DNA of 64,000 nucleotides from the human T2T-CHM13v2.0 reference genome, Homo sapiens, in NCBI RefSeq assembly GCF_009914755.1, contig NC_060926.1; one strand, written 5' to 3'. Under the pieces are notes generated by a model, which made no database searches, was not told the origin of the DNA, and worked only from the letters and a program-made list of their open reading frames with translations. Position 1 is the stretch's first letter, and every line of letters starts with the position of its first letter. Positions 29,491 to 45,000 of the stretch are shown here, in pieces. A program made the position numbers and the translations under genes.

Positions 29491-32059
29491 AGGAAGGCCT
29501 ATATGCAAATTATGACTCCATTATTTTAATATCAATACCTCTTATATTTCTGATTTTCTAAATCCTTATTATAGTGCATATATTATCTGAATCTCTGACC
29601 CCAAACACGTGTCCCTCTGGGGAGTAATGTGGATAGCACTGGTCTCCCTAGGAGGCTGGTAATGAGGCACGAGGGCATTTGGTGCCTGGATAAAGGTGGC
29701 AGAATAAGGAGCTTAGTATTATAGATACAAGGATACCTATTTCTCCTTTTCTCTTCATTTTTGGGCTTTGAAAATTAGACAATCAAGCATTATAGGAAAC
29801 AACAACAGTATCCAACTCAGAATTCCTGCTGGCTATTTTCACCTTGGCACATCCAGTCTGCAACCAGCTTCAAGTGCTCATGAAACAGACATCAGAGTAT
29901 TTTTCTACTTTTTGAAACCTACCACATTACATCTTAAGTGACTTACTTGATAAGACTTATATTTAGGGTTTTTTTGTCTGTTTGTTTTTATTTTCCCCCA
30001 TCTCAAAATTAGCTAAGCATGAAGATGAAACAGATTTCTGTATGAAGACTAAAATCTCAGGAAGAGGTGCTGAATTACAAAGGGAGTTTAGTTAGTTAGT
30101 TGATGAACCATGGTGGGTGCCAGCATGTAGGCACATCAGATTTTACAGGCTACATCTTTGTGTCTTGCCTGTTGAGAAGGCATCCCAGCCCAGGATATAT
30201 CCTCCAAAAGGAAAGGGAATTGGACTCTAACTGGGCAGCAATGAGAATAATTTCTTTGAATGTTACACCATTTACTTGTCAGTGTGTGGTGAGCACTCAG
30301 CTTGACTGTAATGACCACAGGATCCTGAGTTATCTGCACCAGCTGCTCAACCATGTTTTATTTTGGTGATCGAAATCCTAGTTAAAAGTATCCTAGTTGA
30401 CTAATGAAGGTATTCTAAACTTACATAAGTAACTGAGTCCTAGCAATATATTCAAATGTCAAATTTAGGGATGTTGACATTTTAGATTACTTTATACATC
30501 AAATGATTTATCTGAAATCAGGAAACAACCACTTATAATACCTCAGATTGTATCGATAATAGTTTTAGATCACTCTATTTTTATACATTTCTGGGCACAA
30601 AACATGATCAAAATAATGTGGGATGTAACTAAAACATTTCTCTCCATTCACACTCTTCTACTACATTAAATTTATGTTTAAAATGGCTGGAAGGTGAAAG
30701 AGGCAGAATCCTTTAAGGAGAATGCCCTTAGCCAGAATCCCAGCTTCCATCAAGCAAAACAAAACAATGGCTGGGAGTAGATGGGTGTTTAATGACTAAA
30801 ATCTTCAATAATATATGGGCAATAACAAATAATAGTGATCATGAGAAATTGTTTCCTGATTGTGTGATACACAGTCATGTGCAGGGTGGCAGTGACGACA
30901 CGTGGTCCAGTATTTCATGGCCTTTTTTTGTGTAACAGTATGTGCAAGGTGAGAAAGCCTACAGGAAACGAGCGACATAGAGCGGCCACATAGGCAAAGT
31001 GGAGGCTTTTTTTTTTTTTTTTTTTTTTTAGGAGGCTGGATTTTCCCTCTCAGTCACTGGCTTGATAATTAGAGCCAGCAGCAGGAGGCAAATTAAAGCC
31101 TTATTGGAAAATTCTAAATAGGTAGGTGTTTGTGGGTTTTGGATATTTCTCCAAAGCCCTGAAGCAAGACTGAAATGTGGGAGCAGGCATAAGCACGTCT
31201 TCCCACCAAGCCAGATACATCCTTTAGCAGCTCTCAAAGTTCTTAAAAACCATAATGCTGCCATAGAGAATGAGGTCTGCATGACTTCTGATTTTAAAAA
31301 AGAGCAGACGTAATGAGTAATAACAATTGAAGTCGAAATTCTGTGACTAAGATTCTTGTATGTGGTCTTGTATTTCTTTAACTCTTACTCCACAAGGCAT
31401 TTTCTTTTAGAATTAAAACATAAATGTACACAATATCTACTTAATGTGATTATTAAGAGTTTCTAAATAGAAAAAACCCCAGCAATATTGCATGGAAGTA
31501 CTTGCCTTAAATGGATGAGTTCTCTGTTTTCTGTAATTGAAATGACCAGCTGGGGCTGGGACTGTAAAATCTAAACAAGCATTACTGTCCACCTAGTGAC
31601 AATGGCCCCAATCTCAGCATGAGATTTTGAAGGAACTAACTTGCTAACTTTAGAGCAGTGGTTCCCAAACTTCTTCCTGACTCCAAACTCTTAAAGCTGT
31701 AACATCTGTTAGGAGGGACTTTCTATATTCATTAAAGTTTATTCCAGTTCGTTCCAGTAAAAGTCTTGCTATACCATGGCAGGGGTGGGGGAAAAGATAT
31801 CTGGAGGGAATGAGGAAAGTGTGGTTTAAAATATTTCTTCTTCTTGCACTGAGATCACTGGATTAAAGAATGAGTCCTGCAAAAAACAATTTTATATGTG
31901 TTAATTCCTCAGGTGTTAAGCATATATTAGGAGAAAGAGCTAAAACATAGAGGTATTGCCTATGAGGCAAGGATGCAGGCAGTTTTGGTGATATGATGCA
32001 GCTACAAAGAGAAGATGGTGCTTGATCTATTATTATCCTTTTTATGTCACTGATTTTTG

Positions 32060-34560
<2,501 letters not shown>

Positions 34561-34789
34561 GAGGCTTTTCATTTTAAAATATGGTAGTGATAATCTCAGA
34601 GGCAGTTTTCTTGGTCCAACCCTTGTAGTTCTAGTTTTCTAGCCTTTCTTTCAAGCATTATCATGTCTTGAATAATAATGGGGAGAAAGAGATACAGCCT
34701 TCCTTCTGTCTGCTAATTAATGCCTTCCCAGGACACTTTTCCCTGTGCCCATCATTCAAGTAGTCTTAGCCCTGAGATCCTGTAAATTT

Positions 34790-35500
34790 TTGTCCCAAGT
34801 ACTTATTGCTGCATGATAGACTACCCCAAACCTTTTTGTTAATGGGCCAGTTGGGACCATTAACAAATAAATAATAAATAAATTTTTATCTATTACTTTT
34901 CGAAACAGGGTCTTACTATATTACCTAGGGTGATCTCAAACTCCTGGGCTCAAGTGACTTCCTCCCTCAGCCTCCTGTGTAGCTGGGATTACAGGTATGC
35001 ATTACCACTCTTGGCTCTATCCCAAACCTTAGTGGGTTAAAGCGATAAACATTTTATTGCATGTTATAACTTTGGGGTCAGGAATCAGGGCAGAGCTTAG
35101 CTGGGTAATTCTTTTATTTTACATGATATGAACTGGGGTCAGCCAATGCTAATCTGCTGGTAACCAGTCCAGTCTACTGGGTCCATGGTGGTTTCACTCA
35201 TATGCCTGGGTGCCTTTGGTGGGAATGGCTGGTAGCCTGGGTTAAGCTGGATCCCGCTTCCTATGCTTGTGGTCTCTTCAGCGGGATAGTTGGACTTACA
35301 TATCTGTTCAAGGCTCCAAGAGTAGGCATTCAAAGACATAGGAAGTGGAGGCTGCCATTCTTTGAAGATCTAAATTTCCAAACTGGCACCACATATCCGC
35401 AAGATACTGTTAGTCACAGCAGTTACAGAGCCTGCCCAGATTCAAGGAGTGAGGGCATAGACCCCCACCTCTTAATGGGAAAAGTGTCAAAGAATTTGCA
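34790..35500 (-). mobile_element. Old MLT1 LTR interrupted by a FLAM
   Basis: 'tattgctgcatgatagactaccccaaacc|ttagtgggttaaa...gcccagattcaagg...ccacctcttaatggga'. Confidence 0.75.
34895..35016 (-). mobile_element. FLAM (Alu left monomer)
   Basis: Single monomer 'acagggtcttacta...aactcctgggctcaagtga...gctgggattacagg'. TSD ctaycccaaacctt at about 34821 and about 35017. Confidence 0.85.
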
Positions 35501-36167
35501 TATGGCAGTTTCTAATGATTACTTTGTGCATGCTTCCATGGCATTTAGAACCTAAAGTCAGACCATGCGATGACTTTATTGTTTTATGAACTCCAGAAAT
35601 GTACATATACAATTTATATGAGTGTGTGTGGGTGATGATATGGGGAAATTAGAATTCAGACAACCTGATCCTTGAAAACAATTGGTTATCACACAGTGAC
35701 TGTTGACTGACCGTTAGTCTGACTTGTGTTTTTCAAAATGTCCTTGTCAAGTAGAGCTCAGTTGTCTGGAGCACTGAGCCTGTGAGCCCAAAGCCAGCGT
35801 GTCCATCCCCACGTCAGACTAGAAAACTGCTGTCGTTCTGGCCCTGAGTTTACCTATCTGCCATTGCATGTGTGGGTGTGAAGTGACAACATGACAGATG
35901 ATTATTGTAGGGAAAAACAAGCCCAAGTTCTTCTGCACTTGGGTCTGAGGTGTCATCTTAGTGCATAAAAATCATAGGTTCACATTGCATGTATTTTGCA
36001 TATTTGGAGACTCTAGTAGAAAACTACGTTTTAATTAATTTCTTTTTACAAGTAGCTTTGTATGTTCTCAGGCATATGGAAATGGGGAAAACATTTTTTT
36101 AACACTTTTTATTCTCATTCACCCAAAAGTGATATAATTTTCCTTTTATTTCAAAATCTCTGTGTTT

Positions 36168-36372
36168 TCCAGCCTGGGCAACATAGCAAAACCTTGTCTC
36201 TACAGAGGTAAAAAATGAAAAAATTAGCTGAGTGTGATCGTGCACACCAGCAGTCCTAACTACTTTGGAGGCTAAGGCAGGAAGGTCACTTGAGCCCAGG
36301 AGTTTGAGGTTACAGTAAACTATGATCATGTCACTGTACTCCAGCCTAGGTGACAGAGTGAGGCCTTATCTC

Positions 36373-36399
<27 letters not shown>
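36168..36399 (+). mobile_element. 5'-truncated AluJ
   Basis: 'ccagcctgggcaacatag...cacttgagcccaggagtttgagg' followed by a long poly-A. Confidence 0.9.
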
Positions 36400-36404
<5 letters not shown>

Positions 36405-36707
36405 TGATTCATCATTTACTTTAGGTTGCTCATAATATTATTTGCTTTTCTCTTGACTATTGGCTTAAAAAATCATATGTACTTTCACCAAAGAACAGGT
36501 TCTCAAACAGATAACGAATTGTGTCTTTAACCTGAGAAAATTAAAATGCTCTGTTCAGTGAGTCAAAAGTTTTATTCTCAATGCTACCTTTCTTGCTGTT
36601 ATCAATATAATAGAGAATGTATTGCATATCAGTGGTACATGTGATCCTCTTAAACTGTGAAATTCTATTTTAGTGTAGATTCCCTATCCTTCCATATGGC
36701 CTTGAAG

Positions 36708-37091
36708 TGTTGCAGGACAGGGGGGCCCCAAAATTGAGGCTCTGCCCAGGAAGTTTCTTTATTTTGCCCAGGAAGAAATTCAAAGGCAAGCTGGTGGTGA
36801 AAGAAAACAGCTTTATTGAGGCAGCAGTATTACAGCTTCATGATTGCTCTTGCAGAGCAGGGTCACCCCATAGGTAGTGCAGCAAGAATAGCAGCTCAAG
36901 GGCAGTCAGGCAGTCACATTTATATCTGCTTTTAATTACATGCAAATTCAGAGGCAAGTTATTCAGAAATTTCTAGAAAAGGGTTGTAACTTCTGGGTTG
37001 TTGTCAGGGAATGGGTGAACTGTCATGGCTTTGGTGGGCATGTCAGCCAGTCTTCAGTCTGGTCCAGAGTCGATCCCTGCCTCCTACTTCA
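36708..37091 (-). mobile_element. MER66-like ERV1 solo LTR
   Basis: TG...CA termini, 4-bp TSD gaag / gaaa, and internal 'gaaagaaaacagctttattgaggcagc' and 'ttaattacatgcaaat'. Confidence 0.75.
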
Positions 37092-38489
37092 GAAATAGGA
37101 AGGCAAGACCCTTTGTGCAACAGATGTAAAGAATGATTTATCTCAACTGAGAATGGGAAGTCCCATTCTTGTGTCCCCACATCTAGCCTGCTCTGGCTCA
37201 TAGTAAATACTCAATAAATATTTATTGAGTCAATGGCCAGGGCAATGATTTGAATGTACTGATCTATTTCCAGCCTTTTGTTTGCCCTATTGAACCCCAT
37301 TGTCTCAGAACATGCTGTGATAATAGACTACTCTCAGGTTCTGAGAAAAACGTGAATGTTCTGTTCTAGCAACATTGCAAAAGGATGTTGTAATTGCTGT
37401 AGGCAGCGCCCTTTGGAGGCCTCTCTGGCATACAGAAGCCCGAAAGCAAAAATCAAAGAAATGATTGCTTCCTGTAATTATTTTTGTAGCCATGTTGCTG
37501 AGTGCGACACATGCATCTCTCTCTTTCTCTACAGAAAGGCACCTCCCTGGGCCTGGTGGGTATTGATCACAATATCCCTGCCCAGGATTTATGTCAATGG
37601 ATGTGTGAAAATCACTGATCCCATAACAATTTTGACATTTATGTAGGGATAATTGCTGCCTCCTTTTTGATCTTAGATAATCTTTACTATCTGAGGCATA
37701 CTCTGGGTGCATCCAGGTCTCTGTGCCTTTAAGTCCAATGGGGCTGGCTTCATATACTCATGTTGATTTAATTTCTCATCTTTCTCCCCAGGATCCTTTT
37801 CTTTCTTGATATATTGGAAATACCACTTTTATTCTGTATTATAGTTACTCATTCCTTCTCACATTCCTACACACCTTTCCCTGTTGGACTCTCATGCCCC
37901 TTTCCTCCCCAGCCTTCAAGAAAGACAACATCAAAGCCAGTCACTCATGGAAAAATGCCTGTTCCTTTAGAAGGGGGGACACAAATTCAAATGTAGTCAG
38001 AGGCCAAGCAGAAAATGAAAATGAGGGAAACATGTAGGTGTAAAATTAAACAATAGGAAGTAGAGGGGCCTGGGGTTAGACTGAAGAGGTTATGCCCTCT
38101 GTATCAGAATCTTATTTTTAAGGCCAGGGAGGCCAATCAAAATGTGTCTTTTGGGTGAATCTGGCCAGTTCTCCCTGTTGAATCTATAGAGCACTGGATG
38201 ATCTCAAAGGGATCCTCTTGAGACCTTTAAATAACGTATGTCACTATGGCATATAATTTCCCCCATAAAATGCCACAAAGTATGTGAAAATTTTAAGTAG
38301 ACCCTTCAGTACTAACAAAAATATGATAGTACAACTAAGTTGGCTAGGGACACTCAGCCTCACAATTTGAATTGGTATCTCTACCAAATCATAAATTACT
38401 GTGTGTAATAAACCAGTGGGTTGCTTGCAAATAGTCAAAACTATTACTGATAAATCATTCAAATGCTAAGGAGGTACTAGCTTCCTTTT

Positions 38490-38835
38490 TATCCTGCCAC
38501 TAGATCTTTATACATGTTGTTTCCCTTGAAGGAATGTTCTCCCCACCGCTACCCTGAACCTTCCCTAACCTCTTATTAACTCTAACTTATCTTTTCTACC
38601 TTAGCTAATATTTTTTGCATCTTCAGGGATATCTTCCCTGATTCTCTCAGCCTAGAACCTTCTCACTTTGATTTGTGGTATTTACACTTCATGAGGGTGA
38701 TTATTTGATGAAGTCTGTCTTGGCTGCTAGACTGGCATGCGTGTGCTCACTATTTTATCCCCAGTCCAGTGCCTGCTCCATGGTGCTAGTTCTGCACTGA
38801 ACCTTTCCCTATTGTTGAATAAATGAATAAATGAA
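38490..38835 (+). mobile_element. L2 3' fragment
   Basis: Ends 'gttgaataaatgaataaatgaa', with L2-like body upstream. Confidence 0.65.
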
Positions 38836-39316
38836 TTTTCTGTAGACATCTTTTTTTTTTAATTTGAAGTTTTTGGATTTTCTTTTTTGAGGTGAAATTG
38901 ACATAGTATAAAATTAACCATTTTAAAGTAAACAATTTAGTGACGTTTAGTACATTCACCATGTTGTGCAACCAACACCTCTGTTTAGTTCCAAAACATT
39001 TTCATCACCCTAAAAGGAAACAGTGTACTCATTAAGCAGTTGCTCCCCATTCCCTATTTCTCCCAGACCCTGGTAACTATCAATCTGCATTCTGTCTCTA
39101 TGCCTCTACCTATTCTGGATATCTTATATAAGCGGAATTATACAATGTATGGCCGTTTGTATTTGGATTTTTTCACTTAGCATAATGTTTTCAAGGCTTA
39201 TGCACATTGTAGCATGGATCAGTACTTATATCCTGACTGAGCTATGACTGAATAATATTCCATTGATTTATAAACACAATTTGTGTATCCATTCATCCAT
39301 TGATGAACATTTGAGC

Positions 39317-40172
39317 TCTCGACGAAAAGCGTCAAACTCTGTAAAATATTTGAAGAGATTTATTCTGAGCCAAACATGAGTGATGATTGCCCGTGACAGT
39401 GCCCTCAGGAAGTCCTGAGAATCTGTGCTCAAGGTGACTGGGGTGCAGCTTAGTTTTATACATTTTAGGGAGGCATAAGACATCAATCAAATACATTTAA
39501 GAAATACACTGGGCTGTGCGCAGTGGCTCATGCCTGTGATCCCAGCACTTTGCGAGACCGAGGCGGGCAGATCACCCGAGGTCAGGAGTTTGAGACCAGC
39601 CTGGCCATCGTGGCAAAACCTCATCTCTACTAAAAATACAAAAAATTAGCTGGGCATGTTGGTGGGCACCTGTAATCCCAGCTACTCGGGAGGCTGAGGC
39701 AGGAGAATCTTGCTTGAACCTGGAGATGGAGGTTGGAGTGAGCCAAGATTGTGCTACTGCACTCCAGCCTGGGCGACAAGAGCAAGACTCCATCTCAAAA
39801 AAAAAAAAAAAAAAAAAAAAAAAGAAATACATTGGTTTGGTCCAGAAAGGCAGTACAACTTGAAGGTGGGGGATGGTTCCAGGCTATAGGTAAATTTAAA
39901 CATTTTCTGGTTGAATATGTCTAAAGACCTGGGATTAACAGAAAGGAATGTCTGGGTTAAGATAAAGGATTGTGGAGACCCAAGTTCTTATTTATCAGAC
40001 TTAAAGTCTGTGTTAATGTTAACGCCAGAGATGTATAATGATGCATGTTAGACCCCCCACTTCCCATCATGGCCTGAAACAGTCTCTCAGGTTAAATTTT
40101 AAAAGAGCCCTGACTGAGGAGGAAGTCCATTCAGATGGTTGTGGGGCCTTAGAATTTTATTTTTGGTTTACG
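39317..40172 (-). mobile_element. MER4A-like ERV1 solo LTR
   Basis: 'gtcaaactctgtaaaatatttgaagagatttattctgagccaaa...agaattttatttttggtttac'. 4-bp TSD gagc / gggc. Confidence 0.85.
39512..39821 (+). mobile_element. AluS inserted in the MER4 LTR
   Basis: Full dimer. TSD aagaaatacaytg at 39499-39511 and 39822-39834. Confidence 0.95.
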
Positions 40173-42289
40173 GGGCTGTTTCCACCTTTTGTCTATTGTG
40201 AATAGTGTTACTGTGAACATGCATGTGTGTATGCTTGTTTGAATACCTGTTTTCAGTTCTTTTCACTATATATCTGGGAGTGGAAATGCTGGGCGATTCT
40301 GTGTTTTAGCCTTTTGAAGAACCACCACCAAACCATTTTCTACAGTAACTGCACCATTTTACATCCCTACCAGCAATGTATGGGAGTTCAGATTTCTCCA
40401 CATTTGCTCCAACACTTTTTGTTTTCCATTTTATAGCCATCCTAGTGGGTGTAAAGTGATACTCCTGGTGGTTTTGATTTGCATTTCTCTGATGACTAAT
40501 GGTGTTTTAACATGTTTTCATGTGCTTCTTGGCTATTTGTATACCTACTTTGAAGAATGTCTATTCATGTTTTTTGACCACTTAAAAATTTAACTGTTTG
40601 TGTTGCTGAGTTTTAAGATTTTTTCTAATATATTCTGGATACTAGATCCTTATCAGATATATGATTTACAAATATTTTTTCCTGTTTTGTGGGTTGTCTT
40701 TTTACTTTCTTGGTGATGTCCTTTGAAACATAAAAGCTTTAAATTGTGATGACATCCAGTTTTTTTTTCTTTTGTTGCTTGTGCTTTTGGTGTGTCATAC
40801 CTAAGAATCCATTGCCAAGTCCAAGGTCATGAAGATTTACCTCTATGCATTCTTCTGAAAGTTTTATGGTTTTATTTCTTATATTTAGGTTGTTGATCCA
40901 TTTTGAGTTAATTTTACATTTGTTGTAATGTGTGGGTCCAACTTCGTCTTTTGTGTCTGTATATGCAGTTTTCCCAGCACCGTTTGTTAAAGAGACTATT
41001 CTTTCTCCATTGAATGGTCTTGGCAACATTGTTGAAAATCAATCAAATATATGGGTTTATTTCTGGACCCTCCATTCTATCCCATTGATCTGTACGTCGC
41101 TTCTTATGCCGGTAATCACACTACTTTGATTGCTGTTGCTTTGTAGTAGGTGTTGAAATAAGAAAGTGTGAGTACTCTTTTCTTATTTTTCAATATTGCT
41201 TTTCACACGGGGTAACTTTTTATTTGCTCCTGACTATGTCTTATTTCTTTGCACACCCTCTTCTACCACTCACAGAACCAAGTGTCCTAAGATGCACGTT
41301 TCTTCAAGGTTTCATCTTTTCTCACAGTCACAAATGTGTCTAGACTACAGTTCAGGTTTGTTGTGATTTCATGATATGACTACTTTAAGACTGGTCTGGG
41401 ACAGGGTAAATTGATAGAAGGGAGCTGAAATGTGACATGAGCATCCTTCTCTGACTCATCCAGACAGCGTTTACTTAATGGTCCATTTACTTATCTATGA
41501 GCACTGAGTGTGAGAATGGCTCCCCTAATATTTAGTACAGCTCCTGGCTTTTAGTAGGGGATGACTGTGCCTATTTAGTGTATTGCTGAACAAAGAAATC
41601 CCTGACTAAATGTGAGTAGATGTCATGTCATTGCCTAGGCAAGGGTTCTGACCCCATTGACAAAGGACTTGCTGGTGGTGTTAATAAACCAGTTCTTAAA
41701 TTGTGATCTAAGTTTGATCTGAACCAAGAGGCAAATGCCATCAAAGTGAATCCTGCGTGGAAGGCTGGTGGGAAGGAATAGAAATGTTTATTTTGCAATT
41801 AGCTAAGGATAAGGGACACTTTTCTGATTATTTTGCTTGGTAGCTCTGCAGACCACTGTTCTAACCACATTCACTGAGGGTTAGAGGCCAGTTGAAATCA
41901 CTTCCGTTTGGTATCCAGGGAAATCACACCTACGTACAATTTTGGGGGCATGTTTCCCTACAATTATTGTTTGAATTCTGGTTACACTTAAAGCTGATGA
42001 GTTTCTTGGTGCCTTCTATGGAGTGCTGATTTTCACCTACATACCTGCAAATGTTTCTAAGTTACACATAGAGGAACTATTTATATTTCATTTGTGATAT
42101 AATCATGGTGTTTTATTTTCTTAACCATTATGGAATTGAAGGACCTAGACAACTGGGTATCTGTTTTAGACAAATGTAATAAATGCATTAGCATTGCCCC
42201 TTCTTCTACTCCCAGTAATTGGCATTCCTGCTTTCTAAATTTGTGATTTTTTTGACTGTAATAAGAAATAAAATATTGCACTGTTTGGC

Positions 42290-42490
42290 ACTTTGAAGTT
42301 GGCCTGCCTGGGTTGTTCACCTTAATACTTAACATCCTTGAGATAGTTATTTCACCTTTCTCAACTTCGTTTTCCCCCTCTGTAAAATAAGGGTTATGAC
42401 CTTTCCCTTGAAGGGGAGTAATATGGATTATGTGAGGCATGTAGATAACATGTATGGCCAAGTGCCAAACATAGTGCTCGGTAAGTACAT
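42290..42490 (+). mobile_element. MIR
   Basis: 'ctctgtaaaataagg...acatagtgctcggtaagt'. Confidence 0.7.
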
Positions 42491-44455
42491 GAAAGCTCCC
42501 CATATACATACTAAAAAAAATAAATAAATAAAGGTTAGGGGTTGGGGTTAACCTTAGAAAAATGATTCCAGATGAAGAGAGGGAAAAACCTACAGCTGAG
42601 CCCATCTTCAGGGCCAGCCTTGGTCTATGTCTAATCTTGCTGCTCTCTGATCCAGTGATAGCATCTCTGCACTTGAACACTCAAAATGTTCCTGAAAGGG
42701 ACCTACATTATTCAGATATGCAGCCAGCCACCTGGACCCTAGAATCAGTTTTAATGTCAGCAAGCATGATCTCTTCAAAATGCTCCTTTGAGAATATCCT
42801 GAATTCATTTAGTATTGTTTCCCCCTCTTCTGACAGGGCCTCTCTTCCTCTTTCCACGCCCACCTCTTGGCCACCCTCTCATCCCAGCAGCTGCAGGCAA
42901 GATTTCTCTCCAGCTGTCCATCAAGTCTTCAAAAGCCAGCCGGAATGTAATTGTAATCTATTTTCCACCCCTCAATAGTAGCGGGTGAAACACACACACA
43001 GACACACACACACAGCTCAAAATTGCAAGGAGAAGGGAGCCAGAGCTACCTCATGACTCACACACAGCCCTGCATGGATAATTACTGCCATTCATTACTG
43101 GCCCAGGAAAGAAAACAAGGGTCCAATTGGGTTTTCGTGAACCACAAGGCTGACAAGTAAGAGGGGGAAAGAAGGGGACTGTGCTCCCTCCCTACAGCCC
43201 CCCTGCCAATGCCATTTTCAGAAAAGTAACATCCTGCTGGCCTTCTATTCCTGGCGCACATCTTTTATTATGTTTATTTAGTGTGCAGTTTAGAATTGAT
43301 ACTGTGGCCAAATTCTGCCAAGCACCTCTCCCCAGAAGGACCTTGAGCCAGGTCCTTCTTTGCCTATTTTGCCTATTTTCCTGTATGAGGGCAAAATAGG
43401 CTCCGTTTCATTAATTCATGTATATGTTCAACCAACAGTTTGCATGAATTCACAGAAAAGAGCTAGATTCTGTAGGAAATGTCCAAGCTGCATTCATCTC
43501 AATGAAGTGTGTGTGATTTGCTACCCACTGTAACCCCTGCCTAGTAACATCTCTTGCAGCCATACTAGGGTGCCATGTGCTGGCTCATCCCACTGAAAGC
43601 ATTCTGTCCCTCCTCTGAATTCCCTTGGTTGTGCTCTCATCTTATCACCTTTCATTAGATCTTTAATTGTTGTGGACAGAAAACATCACTAAGAAAGGGG
43701 TAGTATATACAAAAATACATCTAATCAGCTTTCAGCAGTTTTTTATATTATTGGTGGGAAATTCAATTAAACTGTATTGAATGAATGAATGATCAAATAA
43801 AGAACTATGTATTTTAAACTAAATGTTTTGTGATGGCTATGGGGAGAGGCAAGTCCTAATGAAACAATAAGATTTGGGTTAGTTGGCAGAGATGGAAAGT
43901 CCTTCTAGAATGGGAAGTGTTGGAAGAAAAGCATCTTGTGCTGGTGCTGGGAGTGAATCTCTAGAATTAGAATACATAGAAGACTACGCTACAGCTGTAT
44001 TACTCAATGTTGTATTTCTTACTCAGCATTACTCAGTTTTGTGCCCACTATGCTACTCAAGACTGGTCCATCAGTATCCACGTATTTCATTTGGCAACAG
44101 TCATTCTTGGCAGGAGCTCATTAAGTGTATGGACTTTGTACTGGGTGATTACGGACCCAATTGACATTTTTAGGACTATCAAGTTTTGCTTCAAATTACA
44201 GGCATCCTGTTGTTCTTAATGTTTTATTCTGTTGGTTTATGATTCTCACAAATCAGCACACAATTCCCTATTTCTTTCGCTTCTGAAAAGACTGAAGCTT
44301 TAGGAATTAGAAGCAGCATTTAACTTATGATTCCTGAGAGTCTGCATTATTTTGCAGACTGATTGACTGATTTCTCAGAAATGTGTCATACCATGTCAGA
44401 GATAATCTGGAGAATTAGTGACAGTGAAGAGACATACAATTTACTTATAATTCTT

Positions 44456-44749
<294 letters not shown>

Positions 44750-44764
44750 TAATAATAGGGGTAA

Positions 44765-45000
44765 TTTTAACTATTGCCTATTGAATGTTTACTTCACGTT
44801 TGACAGTGTTAAATGTTTTACATGAATCATTTTATTTAACACTCATTTGATTTCTGTAATATATGTACCATTGCTATCGCATTTTACATATGATACAACT
44901 GAGGCTTAGAGGAGTTAGGAAATTGCCCAGGCTGATGAAGATAGTAAGCACTAGAACTGGAATATGAACCCAGGCAATCTGACTTCAGAGCCCACACTCT
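44765..45000 (-). mobile_element. MIR
   Basis: 'attttacatatgatacaactgaggcttagagg...gaacccaggcaatctgacttcagagccc'. Confidence 0.8.

Larger units (their letters stand above)
38880..41200 (-). mobile_element. L1MB-type L1 interrupted by a MER4 LTR
   Basis: 3'UTR 'aaaattaaccattttaaagt...ttcatcaccctaaaaggaaac'. ORF2 peptide KINSKWINNLNIR (40739-41029). Confidence 0.85.

Noticed and set aside
31580-31605. CTCF-like motif (reverse complement TCACTAGGTGGAC), and another at about 37404-37420
   Set aside because: Each has a mismatch at a highly constrained core position, so neither is supportable without ChIP data.
37305-37712. Overlapping Cys-rich ORFs on both strands
   Set aside because: No zinc-finger or other motif spacing, and no supporting gene structure.
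42081-42680. Longest ORF in the track (199 aa, minus strand)
   Set aside because: It runs through an antisense MIR (PYFTEGENE is a typical MIR translation) and has no recognisable domain.
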